Source of the DNA: Octopus sinensis
Lineage: Eukaryota
Assembly (NCBI RefSeq): GCF_006345805.1
Contig: NC_042999.1
Span: 141,484,001-141,548,000 of the forward strand
Direction: 5' to 3'
DNA length: 64,000 nucleotides
Both the position numbers and the translations under genes were made by a program. Numbering within the stretch: the first letter of the stretch is position 1; every line of letters starts with the position of its first letter. Under the pieces are notes generated by a model. The model had not been told where the DNA came from. It was given only the letters and a program-made list of their open reading frames with translations, and did not search any database. This document shows positions 1-13,681 of this stretch, piece after piece.

Positions 1-689
1 GATATATTTTTCTGGCTGTGAAGAGTAAGTCCATCCTTTGTGAAGTAGACTCGGTTTTTAGGAAGAATATGTGGTAAAGTGGGTTACTCTGAAGATTGTG
101 AAAATATTGTAAGCTCTAGCGTCTGTAGGAACAAGTTACTTTTAGCTCTATAACAGATAATTCATTGTTGTGAATTTGTTCATATTTTTTAAACTTTTTT
201 GTTGTTGTGAAGGGTTTTGATGAATGAAATAAGTTCCTATAGCAGTATCTGACAAATCTAGCTAAAACCTATGTTTAATAAGTAGTTATTAGATAAATAT
301 ATAGTATTAAACTAAATATTTAGAAAGCAATATGTAAACACCATGAGTACACATTTGTCAAATACAGAAGAAAGACAGGTCTAAAGAGGTTTCATAAATT
401 TGCTATGCAGTAGACAAATTATTCATTTTTCTTACATAAATTAGTTACACCCTTCTGAAATTAGGCCATTCTTGCTACCTTTATAGTTTGATTATTGATA
501 ACTAAAATACAAAATAACAATACATCACATACATCCCAATAATTTAGTGGCAAAAGAGACTGATAGAATAAATACCAGGCTTAATAAAGGAAAAAATAAC
601 TACTGGGGCGGATGCGCTCGACTAGAGTGTTTCTAAATAGTACTCCAGTATGACCGCAGTCTAAATGACTAAAATAAGTAAAAGATAAA

Positions 690-1240
690 AGATCTGTATG
701 ATGTTTTTGCAATTGGATAAATATCAACAGAATTTTTAAACACGATTCACAGTGAAATCCTTGGCTCTTGCTATAATTTTGGTGCCACCTTAGCATCTGT
801 TCAACACAATGGATGCTGTGGATAATAAAGCTGAATCATGGGATGAAGTGGAACCTTCATTTTTGAATAGTATTTGGGAGAGTATATGGCCAGATTGTAT
901 CTGTAGCGTTACAAGTTTTCCTCAAGCAGAAAGTCTGCATCAAATTCAGAAAGATATTGCAACACTTGCAAAGGATGTAGGATTTGAAGGAGTCATAGAA
1001 GATGATGTGAAAAAGTTCATCTTATAAGGATCTGATGCTGTTAGGAATAAAAACATGCTGAGAATACAGACAAGACAATGGAAGTTCTATCTACACCGCT
1101 TAAATTGACTACAAAAATTATTGCTAAAGGATTAGCATTTATAGAGGAAGGTCTGCAGGTTTTTGCTGATAAATGATCCCAATTGTGAAGGTAGCATAAA
1201 AATGACAGGAGGAGTTTACAAAGTGTGATTTTTACCCCCA
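690..1240 (+). mobile_element. Tigger/pogo-like DDE transposase remnant
   Basis: ORF 809-1027 (DAVDN..ESWDEV...W..IWP...LAKDVGFEGV.EDDV) resembles the TIGD/Tigger C-terminal region. Confidence 0.6.
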
Positions 1241-1371
1241 AAAAAATCTGTAGGTATGCCCCTTGATAATATGAAAATCAATAGGAAAATTTTCTTTCTT
1301 TTTTGGCTTTTTTTCTTTATCTTTCTTTTGTAAAATATATTCCTGTTCATATTTTGAATAAAACCTACTGC

Positions 1372-1608
1372 CTATGTAAAAAGCACCATCCAATCGTGGC
1401 CGTTTGCCAGCCTCGTTTGGCACCTGTGCCGGTGGCACGTAAATAGCACCTACTACACTCATGGAGTGGTTGGCGTTAGGAAGGGCATCCAGCCGTAGAA
1501 ACATTACCAGATCAGACTGGGCCTGGTGGAGCCTTCTGGCTTCCCAGACCCCGGTTGAACCGTCCAACCCATGCCAGCATGAAAAGCGGACGCTAAACGA
1601 TGATGATG
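1372..1608 (+). mobile_element. RTE 3'-tail derived short retroposon ending in (GAT)n
   Basis: Near-identical to 56120-56365 (3' end of the RTE copy) and 52080-52327. Confidence 0.85.
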
Positions 1609-1706
1609 TTAAAGACTTTTTCACTTCCCGAGCGTTAAACTAATACATCTGTTTGTTGTCTACACCACCTGTCTTCGTCTTTTGTTTTTTTTTGTGAATT
1701 CTCCCC

Positions 1707-1751
<45 letters not shown>

Positions 1752-1957
1752 TCTTTTAACTTGTTTGTTAATCGACTGCGGCCATGATGGAGCACCGTCT
1801 TTCGAACAAATCGACCCCAGGACTTATTCTTTGTAAGCCTAGTACTTATACTATCGGTCTCTTTTGTCGAATCGCTACCTTATGGGGACGTAAACACCAA
1901 CATCAGTGTCAAGCGATGGTGGGTGGGTACAAACAAAGGCACACAAATATATATATA

Positions 1958-1990
<33 letters not shown>

Positions 1991-2125
1991 CACGATGGCT
2001 TCTTTCAGTTTCCGTCTACCAAATCCACTCACAAGGCTTTGGTCGGCCTGAAGCTATAGTAGAAGACACTTGCCCAAGGTGTCACGTAGTGGGACTGAAC
2101 CTGGAACCAGGTGGTTGGGAAGTAG
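1752..2125 (-). mobile_element. tRNA-head SINE family A copy
   Basis: Matches other copies at 11066-11403 (+), 21228-21604, 35450-35826, 41693-42118 and 57118-57422 (-). Confidence 0.85.
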
Positions 2126-3600
2126 ACACTCCTAACACGAAATGAATTTTCTTATGGGGGGGGGGGGGGAAATTATATATATATATAATCTTGTATATAA
2201 TTTTCCCCCAGAAGATAGAGTGACATGGATTGCATCTTCTAGCAGGTCGAGGGATACTATACAAATTCCCTTGATGTATCGCTAAACTTTACAGTTACCA
2301 CAACTAGATGGATCAAGTCATTTAAGAGAAGCTAGAAATACGAATTGCACTTCTACGGTTGATGTACAATTTTCATTGACTTCAAAACTAAAGGCTTAAT
2401 GGAGGTAAATGGAAATCGTAAAGTTCACCTTTTCCTTGAACATTCAGAAGTGAAGTTAAACAGACAGTTATCAGGTGGCCTAGAGATGTGCTAAAAATAA
2501 CAGCTAAACAGCCCTTAAATCACTCGGATTTTTGTTGTTGTTGTATAGTCGTATGAATTCCCCAGTGTAGAACGCAAATTCGCAAAAATGTGCTGAAAAT
2601 TCCAAAGAATAAAAACATTATGAGGGGTTATATGAGGTGCTTAATACAGAATTCCGCCACAGCTACTGCCAGAAATCGAAACCGATTCGCTACTCGATTA
2701 TAATCTAAAACGAAGTATTTAATCGGGAACTATAGAAAATGGTTTGAGCTTTTTGACTTAGAAAATTCCTGTTTGTTTACGTTTAAAGCTAAGGTCAAAT
2801 CAACTTATCGGCATGACCATCTATTTCAAAACAGTTTTATTGTTTTGTGAATTTTATAGAATTTCGCTAATAAACAAACGTCATTGACTCGTTGTCATTA
2901 TTATCGTCTGCCACAAAAACGATGCTTTATTGCATCTAATTCGGTGGTTTCAATTTTTCTTTCCACAAAAAATGTCTGAAATATTTTTACATGGATATTT
3001 ATATAATTGAAAGAAACACACAAATATAAACAATGCTTGAAAATTCAAGGTCATGCCGGTTCGTAGTCAAAATATACGATGTAAACAGACGACCGGTTCA
3101 TCGACATGTTGGCCCGGCATGATTCGTGGTAGTCAATATTAAATATATTTCGAAACTAAGTCGGTACCGACCTTGAGAAAAAGTACGAACAATGCAACAT
3201 CGATTTCCAATTTAATTTTTATACGACTCATCAATTTAACAATAAATATTTCTGATAGTAATCAACTTAAGGTCTGCTTCATACACACACACACACACAA
3301 GTCCAAATTGGTGTCCTGCATATTTTGAAATAACATTTTGCAGAAATACAGTTTTGGGAGTGCAAATTACCTTAAAAAAAAAAAAAAAAAAAAAAAAAAG
3401 TGAAAAATATTAAACCCGCGGAAATTGGTGGGAACATAGTCGAAGCGGAAGAATAATCCGAAACTCCAACGAAAATTGTTTTTTCTAAATGTTATCAATA
3501 TAATCGTAATCTGTATCATTTCCAAACAAAGTTATCAAGAAACAGATTCGGTGGGTGGGGGTCTATAATGTGTAGTTTATGATATATATATATATATATA

Positions 3601-3737
3601 TAAGGTTGTCCCAAAAGTTCGTAGAAAGTCTTGGAAAATAATGGTCTTTATTTCGAGGAATAATTTTTGTTGTTTTTGTTAGTACTTGGCGAGTAAAAAT
3701 TCAATTTTCGCAAGTGTTTACGAACTTTTGGGACAAC

Positions 3738-3741
<4 letters not shown>
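3601..3741. mobile_element. Mariner-type MITE in a (TA)n tract
   Basis: Perfect 21-bp TIRs aggttgtcccaaaagttcgta / tacgaacttttgggacaacct; TA flanks. Confidence 0.85.
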
Positions 3742-3768
<27 letters not shown>

Positions 3769-3771
<3 letters not shown>

Positions 3772-4312
3772 GTGCATACATATGTATTTATGTTGAATTA
3801 TATATAAAAGTAATTTAACATTAAACTGAAGGATTTCATTAGAAATATCCAAAGTCGGTGGGAACACACTTGTGTAGGTATGTCAGTTTATTCGATTAAT
3901 ACAGGTTTATTAAACTTCTACAAGAATGTTGACTGATTTCGAAGAAGTCATTCATATGTATCGTCTTTATCTTAGAGTAACATAATACCTACGAAGCCTT
4001 TTTTGGGGCACATAGTTTTATTTATATATATATATATATATATAATATATATATATATATAATGTGCATACATATGTATTTATGTTGAATTATATATAAA
4101 AGTAATTTAACATTAAACTGAAGGATTTCATTAGAATATCCAAAGTCGGTGGGAACACACTTGTGTAGGTATGTCAGTTTATTCGATTAATACAGGTTTA
4201 TTAAACTTCTACAAGAATGTTGACTGATTCGAAGAAGTCATTCATATGTATCGTCTTTATCTTAGAGTAACATAATACCTACGAAGCCTTTTTTGGGGCA
4301 CATAGTTTTATT

Positions 4313-4314
<2 letters not shown>
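3769..4314. repeat. Tandem duplication of about 255 bp separated by (TA)n
   Basis: 3769-4024 vs 4061-4314 identical except two 1-bp homopolymer indels. Confidence 0.9.
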
Positions 4315-4356
<42 letters not shown>

Positions 4357-5498
4357 TAGTTTCACGTCTAATGTACAAACTAAATAAATCAATTTTGAAA
4401 AATTAATAATATATATATGTATATATGTATACACACAGAGGTTTGAGAAAACTCAAAACATGAATGTATATCATGAATATTTTATTACGCGTTAGATATG
4501 TAATAAAATTTGTATATACTATTATGAATATATGTGTGAATGTATTTTAACCGGCAACCAATTACGAAAGTGCCTCATGGGCCGAGAGTTACCTGTATTA
4601 GTGCTTATCAGATATAAAATGCCCTCTTACTATATCGGTCAGAAACAAAAAGCACAAGCTAAAAGAAATAAATTTATATAACACATACCACACCGACATA
4701 ACATTGAATAATGTGATAACGTTAAAAACGAAAATATAATTTTCCCCACTCGACAATCAAACTATCTAAAATCAGTCACCTAAGTTGGTTGGAAAAAGGT
4801 TAGTGTTGATAAACGTCCAGGTACAAATATATTCCCTTCTAATTTTGATATCACCAAAGACAAACCACTTTTCTTTTAATAAAACTCACAAAACAAAAAT
4901 TCCGACTGACCTTGAGCGCAGCTTGGACCGGCTTCGATGTAGATAGTCTCCGTGATCCATTTATATAAGAACTTTTACAACGGATAACAGCAGAAATACG
5001 ACTACACGCCATTTTATATAAGAAGTACAAACACACTTGACAATGGAAATGCTAAATGTTTCCAACTGTAGTTTTGTTTAGTGCGTTCTTGGACGGGAGC
5101 TGTTGTCACATCTGGTTTGACCAGAAACTCGATTGAAACTGACTCGCACAGTAAGTTCACAGCTTGGTAATCAGCTGTTCTGAAGTGTTAAATAGGACAC
5201 ACTTTTACTTGAAAGGCACCGCTTTCTTGGTATCAGTGTGCAGAACATAAATAAATAAATAAATAAATAAATAAATGTGTATGCGCGTGTGCATATAAAG
5301 GAAAAGCAATATAGAAAGGAATTTATATTTGATTTGTGGGTAACAAATAAAAATTCGCACATATATACGGAGAGAGAGTGAAAGATTTTAAGTGTCTTTT
5401 TATTATATCATAATACACATTTTAAATAGCTTATACATTTCTTCAATAAAATTATATATATATATGTATGTGTGAATGAGTGCGCGCACTTGTATATA

Positions 5499-5554
<56 letters not shown>

Positions 5555-5961
5555 TATATTATATCCTTGCCCTACTCGTTTTATATAACTATAAATTTTT
5601 TTACATAACTACATCTTTTCATGTTCTGTAAAACTTTTTGTAGCATATTTTATATAGATGAAGCAGCCCTGGTGGCAAAATAAATGAAAATTATCATTAT
5701 TAACTGCATGTTATTGAATAACTTTTTCCTTTGGTTGCATACAGTTATGCAATTCTGCCTATACTATACTATATATATCTATATCTCTCTATAAATAGCA
5801 AGAGAAAGTGACATCCTCGAAGAACCATTATAGCCATTTAAAAACAAAAAAAAAACTGCTATATTAATTTTTTATTTATCTCCTAATATTCGTCGTCCCA
5901 TTGATTTCATAAATACGTACACAAACATATATAGATCAATAAACACATTAGCTTTTCTTAC

Positions 5962-6277
5962 CTTTATGACATCCATCGTATTTTGGCAAATTAGCTTTTC
6001 TCTCACGGATGTGGAACTGAAGAAAACATAACTCCTGGCAGAAAAGTGCAAAGCGAAGAGATAAAATTAGAGCGTGCCTTTACAAGCTCTATCAACCAGA
6101 AAAGTTATTTTTGGTACCTCAGACGTAGCAACTTACGATTATGAAGGATGGGACCAGTGACTGATAGTTCTCCGTGTCTTGATCCAAAGTTTTAGTGTTC
6201 CAGTTTCCAGATGAATATATACTCTTGAAAAAGGTATTAACACCATCGATGTCTATTTTCCAATCATATCCAGTCAT
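5962..6277 (-). other. Candidate 5' exons of a second minus-strand gene (exon ending 6137; 55-nt exon 5962-6016)
   Basis: Three canonical signals in register: ATC|gtaagt at 6136, gttttcttcag| at 6017, AAG|gtaaga at 5961. ATG in ACGATGG context at 5976 (MDVIK). Lies at the edge of a CpG-retaining region. Confidence 0.35.
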
Positions 6278-9200
6278 ATCTGATGTTTCAGACTTGAGTA
6301 AAGAAATATCCAATATTTTCTACTTTTTTTGTTTGTTAACCCATCAATTTAGGGACTCTAAGGCCCACACTCTGTTGTCATTTTCATGTAATCGTTTTGT
6401 TTGTTGTTGTTGTTGGGTTGGTCTGGAGGCAGGGTTTGCGCCCATGGCCTCAACAGCCCCCCCCCACCTCCATGACTGGTATGATCAATATAGCTGATGT
6501 TCTGGAACAACTTCAAGTTGGCAATTACAGGGAAAGCAGGAAGAGAGAAGAAATTTCAATGGATTGATATTCTACAGAGAAAGGGTGTGTAGTTGTTAGT
6601 ACAAAGGTGGTAGTAATGGACATATGGATGACAAGAGGGGAAGACAAGTTCAGTCAGGTGGACGAAGACAGAGCGAATACAAGAATAGTCGGTTCTGAGG
6701 AACAGAGGCCACTGTTGTTGAGATAGAAAAGACAGAACAAGTCTCCTTGTGGGCCAAAGATTTGTGTTTTGATGAGCAGCTTCATGTTAATCAGTTGAGT
6801 GGTCTTATTTTTAGATGAAAATTGATAAAATAGAAAAATGACATTAAAATTTATAAGATTAATTTTCCAAAGTCAATTAAAAATATATTGGCAATGATTC
6901 AACATCAGTGTATTCTTGATAGTGCTGTCTTAAGTCATGAGTACACTCAACAGTTACCAAGAGGTCCCATGAATCTAGGAGTCCAATATAAAAATATGCA
7001 TGCTGTGATTTGCTGTCAATAAATAAATGCTTTCGGCTCTGCACATTTCTTTGCCCAGTGGCCTATATGATGCTGCTATGACTACCCTGGATACTAATAT
7101 TATGTATTTCCACCTTGGTAACAGTTGGCCTAGTGCTTTACAGCAACTCTTTCTGTACATCACTGCTCTGAGATCAAATTCTACTGAGGTCAACTTTTCT
7201 TTCTACATCTCCAACACCAACATTGTGGTTTTTTTCCATGTTATCCACTGCAGATTACAAAACTTTGATTAAATAATCTTCAAAAATCTATCTGATATTA
7301 TCAATGTTCAACTCTACAATTAATAGTCATCATGCCCGCATGATGTAACAAACTATCAAACAGTATGCCATTCTATTCTCCTATCTTATATCTGGAAGTC
7401 AGATGTTATGTCTCCTGTCCCAGCAACCAATGTAGTCTCCACATTTGATAAGAGTTCACTGATCAGGATGCCAAACATGTGAACTGATTCAAGAAATGTG
7501 GAGAGGACAACATTCGCTAAAATCTTTCAAGAGAAAGAAGGCCAGATGCATATCAATCAAATGCAGTTTGCTCACAAGTCTTTTGTGCTGATAGATTTTG
7601 TATTTGATGATGAGTTGGATGACAAGCAGAAGAATTGGGGAACCAAGAATGATGACATCTCTTTTGGTGTCAGTGGACTCTGATGAAATGTCTGTTGCAC
7701 ATCCCTGATGGTGATGTAGAAACCATCAATTAACTTTTATGGCCTCAGATTTAGTTGAGTTAATCTTTAGTTCAATTCTAAGCAAGGCAAAGACAACTGG
7801 CCAATAAGTTGATGGACAGTATTCATTTAAGGCAAATGCTCAGCATGTGGGCTCAACTCATGCAGTTCTAAGGCATTCTTCATATGAAGTTTCATGATGA
7901 AACATCAATAGTCCACCATTTGGACTGAGATGGGGAGCCTTCAATAAATTGATGAGAAGCATAGATAGTGCACTCACATCCACCCGTGACACTAATCCCA
8001 CGTTTCACAGATTTTACTTATTTTGGCCCAATTAACAGATCACAGACTTACAAATTACTTTTGCTGCAAATCTCTCCATAACTATGGCATATATACTACA
8101 TTCTTTCCTACTCAGAGTACCCAAATTAGTCAAAAAGAAGAGATCAGAAGCATAGAGATTCAGATCATTATAGTGATCTCTACAATCATCCTCAGCAGAT
8201 GATGACTGGCTTCTGTAGTACAGCGTGATTACAAAACCTCTAATGTTAGCAGCTTGAAAGCCATCAACACCTCTGTTACTATTATAGGGAAAGATAGCCT
8301 GCAGATAACATTTCGTTTGGAGGCCACACACATAGTAGTAGTGTTTGGTAAAAGCAAAGATCTGAGATCTGCAGGTGTTTAAGCTAGTGGGTGGTCAGTA
8401 CTTTCTCATTGAGATTAGGTCATCCAAGATAATTACTCTTATGGTAGCTGAGACATTGTCTTTGATGAGATTTGCAATTATGTGATTACAAAAGCACTTT
8501 GAATCAATATGGTAAATTGTGGGCTCATACTTAGATGATATTTAAGTTTGGAATAGGTATCTGGCAGAAGATCAACACATTATTTTTGATTAACATTGCA
8601 AGAGGCCTTAACTGTTATTGTTTATATCCAGGTTATTCTGATTGAGTGGACCTATGTGCAAATGCATTCTCACTATGACAACCATCCCATCTTTCTCTTG
8701 AGCATAATAGAATATATCAAACAAAATTAATGACAATGTGTGGTTGCTAGCTAACAACCATCTCACTTGTCTGATATGAATGTAACTCCAAAAAACATAA
8801 AGGGAAATAGGAAAAAGGGAAGGAAAAGAGAAAAATACCAATGGCTGGAATGTTTTTCTTCCAAACTGATATGATAGAAAATAACAGATGAATGTACAAA
8901 TCCTGTTAAAATACTCTTTTTTCAGAAAGTGGGACACTCTTTATTTAACCAGTTCAACAAGAAATTTTAGTGAGTAGGTAAATAGGTAGCCACCCAGGAA
9001 TCTGTCTATCTGTCTGTCTGTCTGTCTGTCTGTCTATGTATCTATCTGTCTGTCTGTGTATCTATCTGTCTGTCTATTTTTCTATATGTTTTCCTATCTC
9101 TAAAACTGATATAAATAACAGCTTATTGTTTATAGTGTTCAGGTACAGTACAATACAAGAAAAGGTAAAAGAAGGGACAGAAAGCAGTAGTAAAGAAAGA

Positions 9201-9299
9201 CAGCAATTATAATCAACAATACAGGCATATTACATGAGATAAAATTCAGAAAAAGAGGAAAGTAAGCAGTAAAATAGTCATAAAGAAGAAAGGGTACAT

Positions 9300-10075
9300 A
9301 TGCATATCAGGAGTAGTATTAGTGAATTTGGGGATGCATGGAAGTTTTGAAGGAGACATTATCCTGACAGCTAACAACCAATGCAGGTAGTTTATTCCAT
9401 GTTTTGACAATTCTGAATTGATAAAATGTTTCTGAAACTCATGAGTATTGTAGTATATTTTGATTTTATAATTATGTCCACAGGTGGTAGGTATACTGAA
9501 TTCAAAAAGGTACCCAAAGTTGTTGGAATTTTAATAGTGGAGAATCTTGTGGGCTTCTATCAAATCAGCTGCTAGACATTGAAATTATGCCTAGAAAAGC
9601 AAGATGTTTAAGATATGGTATGTGACTAAGGAAGAATTAATCTGGTTGCACATTTCTGAACAGCTACAAGTAGACCGATATTCTGAGCAAGATGGTGGTT
9701 CCAAACTGGAGATGCAAATGTGTGAAATACTATAGCCATATATAATTTTAGATTGATAGATCTTGAGTAGCTGGCAAAAGTTTTACTTACTAAGACACTT
9801 ATGGCCATTTCAACAATTTTAGAAATGTGGTTCACTCAACACAGATCGTTGTTTACTATAATATCTAGGTCACATTCACCACCAGACTTCATAAGATTGG
9901 TGTTGTGGAAGGAGTAGGTAAATTCTGGGTTTTTCCACCAAAAATGCTTAGTGGTATATTTATCTACAGCCTGCCTGAGCTGCCATAAATTTGTTGCTGC
10001 ATTGTGTACAGGTCAGACTGTAGGAAATATCTTATGCATATAGAACTGTTCTTTTTTTCTTTAGATACCACTTAA
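9300..10075 (-). mobile_element. Degenerate CR1-clade LINE, RT C-terminal part
   Basis: FASPVW....QK.ATRLI and WNKLP-type remnants; similar to 12519-13260. Confidence 0.7.
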
Positions 10076-10289
10076 TGTCGAATATTTTAGCACATAACAT
10101 GTTTCAAGATAGCATTTATTTTGTTAAAGTATGGAACAAGTCTATTTGTCTGTTTGTCTCTATGTTCTGTTTCTCTCTCCCTTCCTTTCCTCTCTCTCTC
10201 TCTCTCTCATTATCTATCTATGTATCTGTCTGTTTGTTTGTCTGTCTGTCTGTCAGTAAGCCTTCTGCACGTAAAATAATATACAATAT

Positions 10290-11060
10290 GTTAAAATAAA
10301 TTCTTTAATATTGCTATGAAAATAAAACTAGTGATCTGAAATACCCAAATCATAATTTCCATATATGGGAAACTCTTTAGGTTGCAAGGGCCCACAACTG
10401 ATGGAAGCATATTTGGCAGTTTTTTTTTGTCTAAAAATGGCATCAAAGTATTATCTACCAATGAGACATCATGTTGTTACTAGGACACTCTATAATGAAA
10501 TCTGTCAGAAGGATAATCTCGAGGACAAAGAAGTAAGAACCCACAATATGGTAGAAAACATAGCCACTCGTGATAAAAAGGAATACTGGTGGAATGTACC
10601 AGTGAAGACCTCAATAAAATATAAGCACAACAGACCTGATATAATGATTTGGGATAGAGAAGAGAAACTGTGCACAGTTGTGGAAATTAGCTGCCCAGCG
10701 GATGTTAGCATAAAGCTGAAGATCAGTGAAAAAGAGAACACCTATGCTGAACTATTGAGAAATCTGCAGTTACTCTATCCAGATTACAAGTTCAGGTTTA
10801 TACTTGTAATTATTGGGACCCTGGGATATGTAACATACTGTCTAAATACCAATCTTGAAAAATTAGGCTTCTCAAAACCAGAGAGGAGAAAGCTAATTCA
10901 AAAACTACAGATCCAATCCATCACTGGAACTGTAAAAATCTGTAAAACTTTTCAGAAGTTTATCATTTAAATATGTATAAGCATATCTAGATATGCAAGT
11001 AAATGCATGAGAATACATACATAAAACATACAAATCTGCACATACATACAGCAACATAGC
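10290..11060 (+). mobile_element. R4/Dong-like non-LTR retrotransposon 3' fragment (restriction-like endonuclease)
   Basis: ORF 10365-10970: RH..V, HNRPDI, VEISCP, K...Y..L, IG.LG motifs of the RLE domain; probable 3'UTR resumes at about 11500-11615 after the SINE. Confidence 0.8.
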
Positions 11061-11065
11061 CATAG

Positions 11066-11403
11066 GAGTGGTTGTGTGGTAAGAAGCTTGCATACCAACC
11101 ACATGGTTCTGGGTTAAGTCCCACTGCGTGGCACCTTGGGCAAGTATCTGTGAGTAGATTTGGTTGACTGAAACTGAAAGAAGCCATCATACATGTGTGT
11201 GTGTGTGTGTTTGTCCCCCATAACATTGCTTGACAACCGATGCTGGTGTGTTTACATCCCCATAACTTAGCGGTTCAGTAAAAGAGACTGATAGAATAAG
11301 TACTAGGCTTACAAGGAATAAGTCCTGGGCTTGATTCGTTCGACTAAAGGCGGTGCTCCAGCATGGCCGCAGTCAAATAACTGAAACAAATAAAAAAAAA
11401 GAA
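11066..11403 (+). mobile_element. Full-length SINE family A
   Basis: A-box-like gtggttgtgtgg, B-box-like ggttaagtcc, gtggcaccttgggcaag core; multiple copies in the window. Confidence 0.85.
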
Positions 11404-12029
11404 TACATACATACATACATACATACATACATACATACATACATACATACATACATACATACATACATACATACATACAAACAAACAAACAAACAAACAA
11501 ACAAACAAAAAATACCTAGTTGTCGATGTTGAAATTCCAATGAAGGAGGCTTGGATCTAAGTTAGAAACTGGTCCTTTCTCTACTGGCAAGAATTCTTGA
11601 AATAAACTGAATTATGACATACATACATATACACATACATACATACATACATACATACATACATACATACATTCATATGTGCCAATGTCATGTAAAAAGT
11701 ACTCAGTACACTCTGTAAAATGGTTGGCATCCAGTCATAGAAACCATACCAAAATAGAAAATTAGAGCCTGGTGCAGGTTTCTAGCATGCCACCTCCTGT
11801 TAGACCATCCAACCCATGCCAGCATGGAAAATGGACGTTAAATGATGATGATGATGATGATGTGTGTATATATATATATATATCTTTTAATTGGATGTCT
11901 GTTCATCTGCCTTTTGACAGGTCTTGCTTTTTATCTCACAGGGTGCTCAAATACCACCCTTCTCACCAAGCAGGCTTGGTCATGTTGTGCACACACACAC
12001 ACACATGCACACACACCTCAGTGCACAGG

Positions 12030-12450
12030 TCTGGTGGGTGAAGAGAAAGACTGCTTTTAAAAGACTCCTACAAACTACCTTAACAACAATTAACAGTGAC
12101 CTCATTATCATGGTCGAAAATTTTAATAGACATATTGGGCAATGCTATGAAGGCTTCTCTGAGGTACATGGAGGTTATGGATATAATATGAAAAATGAGG
12201 AAGGATCAGAACTCCTGAAATTCTGTGATACAAGTGACCAAACTATTTGCAATATGAACTTCAAGAAACTGACTTGTCACCAGATAACCTACCAATTCAG
12301 TAAACATACAGACTAGATAAGTATTATTGTCACCAGGAAATGTGACAAGTTGTAAATTTATGCCTTTACTTAGTGAAGAAAGTATTGACCAGCATAGATA
12401 AGTGATTAGTGGTTTCAGAGTTAGGGTTAAGTGAACTCAGGGACAAAATG
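12030..12450 (+). mobile_element. RTE apurinic endonuclease fragment
   Basis: FN.HIG...VHGGYGY...NEEG..LL.FC motif in ORF 11924-12316. Confidence 0.75.
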
Positions 12451-12518
12451 CATTATGAAATAATAATAATAATATAATAATAATAATAATAAAATTATGA
12501 AATTATTGCATACTATGC

Positions 12519-13260
12519 TCAGGTGCACCACAACTTGTCAAAAGTGCGTATAAAGCATATGCAGTAATAAAGTCGCAGAGAGCGGCTCACAAAGGACTTG
12601 GTGAGAGATGCCAAGACATCCTCAGCCTTCTTGGCAATTTTAGCAATGTGTTTTGTCCAATGCAAATCGCTGTCGACAATAACACCCAGGTCACGTTCAC
12701 AAGAAGACTTTTTGAGATTAATGTAATGGAAGGAGTAAGTAGACGCTATGTTTTTCTCCCAAAATGCATGGTGGTACATTTGTCCACAGCCAGCTTGAGT
12801 TGCCAGTCCATGATCCACTGCTGCATTGTGTCCAGGTCTGATTGCAATAGAGATCTATAGTGTACAGGATCTGACCTCTTTATTTCGAGGTACAGCTTGA
12901 TGTCATCTGCATATTTCAGCACTGTGGCATTCTTTAAGTTGGCATTTATGTCATTAACATATGCAACAAATAAAAGGGGGCCAAGAACAGTTCCCTGTGG
13001 TACACCAGATGTCATCTCATAGGGTGAAGAGTGCTGTCCTAGAATTGTGACAACCTCTTTTTGGCTGATAATAAAGGACTTCAACCAGTTATAGAGATCA
13101 TCTCTTACACCCATTGCAGAGAGTTTCACCATAAGTCTTTTGTGTGGCACAGAATTAAAAGCCTTAGCAAAGTCTAGGTAAACAACATCCACCCAGGATC
13201 CACGATCAGTGATTTGGGTAATGTCCTCAAGAAACTCGATGAGTTGATTACAGCAGCTGA
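12519..13260 (-). mobile_element. CR1-clade LINE reverse transcriptase fragment
   Basis: VDVVYLDFAKAF.SVPH, SGVPQG.VLGPLLF, YADD motifs. Confidence 0.92.
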
Positions 13261-13681
13261 AGGAAAATACAAGCTGAAAAACAAAACAAAACAAAGCAAA
13301 AACCTATCAGCTGGTTGTAGGTTCAGAGAAGTTCTGGCTATTTTTGACAGAAGAGAGTTGGAGAGTCAAGAAGGTGTCTATTTCTGCTTGTGGCTACCTA
13401 CAAACTAAAAACAAATGACAAAAGTTTGATACAAGCTACCAGATTTATACTTGCTTACAAGTGATAGCTTTTTTTTGTTATTTCTATGTTACCACATTTG
13501 ACTTTTATATTTCTTGATATTGATTTATCCAATAAATATTTTTCATAATATATATTTTTTATATCTTGAAGAGCAATTGATATGTTTCTGCTCACTTTAA
13601 ATTTGATGGTAATTTCATTTTACATGACTAGATTTTTGTGTACTACCTAAACAATATCCCTTTCCTTTAGACTATGCCAGC

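Larger units (their letters stand above)
2200..6250. promoter_or_regulatory. CpG-retaining (probably unmethylated) promoter-like region
   Basis: CG dinucleotides are visibly more frequent in non-repeat sequence here than in the ALDH introns; TATATAA motifs near 4962 and 5016; + strand CA|gtaagt donor at 5151. Confidence 0.45.

Noticed and set aside
5043-5150. Coding first exon on the + strand
   Set aside because: The ATG at 5043 hits TAG after 12 codons; kept only as a possible non-coding exon.
6500-8750. Possible very old LINE endonuclease remnants (e.g. YYRSQSSS in ORF 8032-8331)
   Set aside because: Too decayed to assign by eye.
11066-11140. tRNA gene
   Set aside because: A/B-box-like head of a multi-copy SINE; no cloverleaf.
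11535-11580. ccaatgaagg...tagaaactgg as a hammerhead
   Set aside because: Core does not match and stem I has no partner.
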